Assembly (NCBI GenBank): GCA_963796685.1
Contig: CAWCMR010000008.1
Span: 416,001 to 480,000 of the forward strand
Length of the DNA: 64,000 bases
Direction of reading: 5' to 3'
From: an uncultured delta proteobacterium
GTDB lineage: Bacteria; Myxococcota_A; Polyangia; Fen-1088
The stretch's first letter is position 1, and every line of letters begins with the position of its first letter. The notes beneath the pieces were generated by a model. It saw only the letters and a list, made by a program, of their open reading frames with translations. It was not told where the DNA came from and did not search any database. A program made the position numbers and the translations under genes. Positions 62,030 to 64,000 of the stretch are shown one piece after another.

Positions 62030-64000
62030 CGTCGCCTGCGGGCTGGGATCGGTACGTGGCGCTGACCAAGGTAGAAGGCCAAGGCGTGGGCGTACTTCGT
62101 AGACGAGGGTTCGAGCTCGCTGGCGCGGCGGCTCCAGGTCACGGCCTCGTCGACCTTATCCGGTCGTTGGCGCGAAATCACGATGGCCAGGTTGTAGGCC
62201 GCCGCTGCCGACCCGGGATCCTCCTCGAAGGCAGCGCGCAACGCCGCCTCGGCCTCAGGCAGGCGACCGATCTCGCCGAGGAGCATGCCGAGGTCGAGGT
62301 GCGCCGCCGCGCTCCCGGGCTCGATGTCGAGGGCCCGGCGCAGGGCGGTTTCCGCATCGCTGTTCCTGCCGACCGCATTGTACGCCAGCGACACATTGAC
62401 CAGCGGGGCCACCATGTCCGGGCGCAACCGGATCGCGACTTCGTAGGCGTCGATGGCTCGTGACATGTCGCCCCGGCGCGCGGACAGCCTGCCGAGGTCG
62501 TACTGGGAGTCGAAATCGTCGGGACGCGTGGCAAGCGACGCTTCCAGCTCGCGGGTCACGGCCATGAAGTTCGCGCGCAGCCCGTTCGGCACCGCGCCGA
62601 CGGGAAGGCCTGCCAGGGCGTTGGCCGCGCGGACACGTGGCAAGCGTACCGGATCGCGCATCATCTTCAGCAGCGCGGCCACAGCAGTGGGCACGAGGTG
62701 CTCGCCTGCGCTTTCGGCCGCCGCCGCGCGTACCCAAGGTGAGCGATCTTCCATGGCCGCCAGGACGGCGGGCCACTTCTCGTCCGATGGACACGACCGA
62801 AGCATCCGGAGCAACGCCACGGCCATCACCTCGTCACGCTGGCTTCCACCCACGGCGTTCAGCATGGCCGGCAGCTCCGACCAGTCGCCCGTACGCGCGG
62901 CCGCGATGAGCGCCGCCTGCCGCAGCACCGGCGCCTGGTAGTCCCGCGCGTGCCACGTTCTGACCGTTCCGTCGCTCCAGGCGGCATCCTTGTCCTGATG
63001 GCACAGGTTGCAGGCGTTCGGGGACTTGAACGCGACGGTGGCGGCTGGCGTGGGCGGCCGCATCGAGTGATCGCTGCGTACCATGCGCGCAAACTGCGTC
63101 TTGGGCATGTGACAGTCGGTGCAGGTTGTCTTCCCTTGCGGGTGATGGCTGTGCGCCAGCACGCCGCGCACCTTGTCCTCGTGGCAGGGCAAACATGCTT
63201 GCTCTGCCTTGGCCGGATCCTTGAACCGGTAGCGACCGCTCGAGGTGTGGCAGTGAAGACAGTCGAGCTGCCCGGATTTCACGCAGGGGCTTTGGCGCCA
63301 CGAGGTGAAGGTGTAGTTCTCCCCGAGGTCGCGGCCATCAGGGTAGAAATCGCGGCTTTCGACGCCAATCAGATCGAACGAATCGAAATAGCGATCGCCG
63401 GGACGAAAGCCTTCCGTGAGGGGCGACATCCTGGCGTGGCAGGGAGCGCACATGTCGTTCTTCTGCTCGTGCGTGAACTGCCTGGTCACGATCAGCTTCG
63501 GACCCGCCGGGCTCTTCCCGGGGCCGGCCTGCCTCATGACACGGATGTGCTCTTGGCCGGGGCCGTGGCAGGTCTCGCAGTTGATGCCCGGCTCGCCCCA
63601 GGTGGTCCGGTACGAGTCGGCCGCTGGGTCGTAGTTGCTGGTCAGTTGGCTGACGTGGCAGGCGTAGCAGGAGGTGTTGAAGGTGAGCTCCGGTTGGGTC
63701 CAGCGCACGGCCACCTCGCTCACGTCCGTGAAATGCCGCAGGCCGCTCGCAGCAACATCGTACCACTCCTTGTGCCCGAGATCGTACGCCACGGGAAGGA
63801 CCTGCAGCCGCCCGCGCAGGTAGGGCGTTAGGAAGTAGTACACGTTCTTGCCACCCAGGACATACGCAATGGGATGGTCGACGACCCCCGTCCCGGTCGT
63901 CTCACGCACCTGGCCAGCCCCGACCTCGGCCCGATAGCGATGGCCGCCAACGACGATGTCTTGCTTCTGCGGGGTGAGCTGCGCGCGCGCAAGCCTGGTC
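62026..64000 (-). CDS. Multiheme cytochrome c with HEAT and TPR repeats (5' end outside window)
   Basis: Seven CXXCH motifs visible (CYACH, CETCH, CAPCH, CLHCH, CLPCH, CTDCH, CNLCH), then HEAT and TPR repeats; frame open to the window edge. Confidence 0.88.
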   Translation of the reverse strand, partial: TRLARAQLTPQKQDIVVGGHRYRAEVGAGQVRETTGTGVVDHPIAYVLGGKNVYYFLTPYLRGRLQVLPVAYDLGHKEWYDVAASGLRHFTDVSEVAVRWTQPELTFNTSCYACHVSQLTSNYDPAADSYRTTWGEPGINCETCHGPGQEHIRVMRQAGPGKSPAGPKLIVTRQFTHEQKNDMCAPCHARMSPLTEGFRPGDRYFDSFDLIGVESRDFYPDGRDLGENYTFTSWRQSPCVKSGQLDCLHCHTSSGRYRFKDPAKAEQACLPCHEDKVRGVLAHSHHPQGKTTCTDCHMPKTQFARMVRSDHSMRPPTPAATVAFKSPNACNLCHQDKDAAWSDGTVRTWHARDYQAPVLRQAALIAAARTGDWSELPAMLNAVGGSQRDEVMAVALLRMLRSCPSDEKWPAVLAAMEDRSPWVRAAAAESAGEHLVPTAVAALLKMMRDPVRLPRVRAANALAGLPVGAVPNGLRANFMAVTRELEASLATRPDDFDSQYDLGRLSARRGDMSRAIDAYEVAIRLRPDMVAPLVNVSLAYNAVGRNSDAETALRRALDIEPGSAAAHLDLGMLLGEIGRLPEAEAALRAAFEEDPGSAAAAYNLAIVISRQRPDKVDEAVTWSRRASELEPSSTKYAHALAFYLGQRHVPIPARRRR

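Overview
High-GC bacterial DNA, very probably Myxococcota (Polyangia-like), judged from a MYXO-CTERM sorting signal, Cys-rich DUF4215-type/fibro-slime proteins, Gly/Ser-linker lipoproteins and ECF-FecR-TPR cassettes. About 48 protein genes are present. Housekeeping-type genes include pcnB, queC, pgsA, ygfZ, csp, TolC and PfkB. Secreted plant-polysaccharide enzymes include CE1-like, CE4 and SGNH esterases and a PL11 rhamnogalacturonan lyase. There are also sugar catabolism genes (LsrF, RhaD-like), two hybrid kinases, two radical SAM proteins, an MFS/porin pair, a sulfatase and a multiheme cytochrome c-TPR protein. The main finding is a tandemly duplicated three-gene cassette (ECF sigma, FecR-TPR anti-sigma, small outer-membrane beta-barrel) flanked by two paralogous CBM11-like lipoproteins. 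It comes with a bipartite motif, TGAGCCG-N15-G(G/A)ACACT, found five times in intergenic DNA in the correct orientation, 44-63 bp before the first start codon at both sigma genes, two esterase transcription units and an AraC locus. This suggests an autoregulated, TonB-independent glycan-sensing ECF regulon. Also present: a second promoter-like motif shared by the MFS and porin genes, several MITE/REP-like inverted-repeat elements (one retaining a GxxExxY gene fragment), and five +1 frameshifts that look like sequencing errors. No rRNA, tRNA or CRISPR array was seen. Family assignments come from motif recognition only; no database searches were run.
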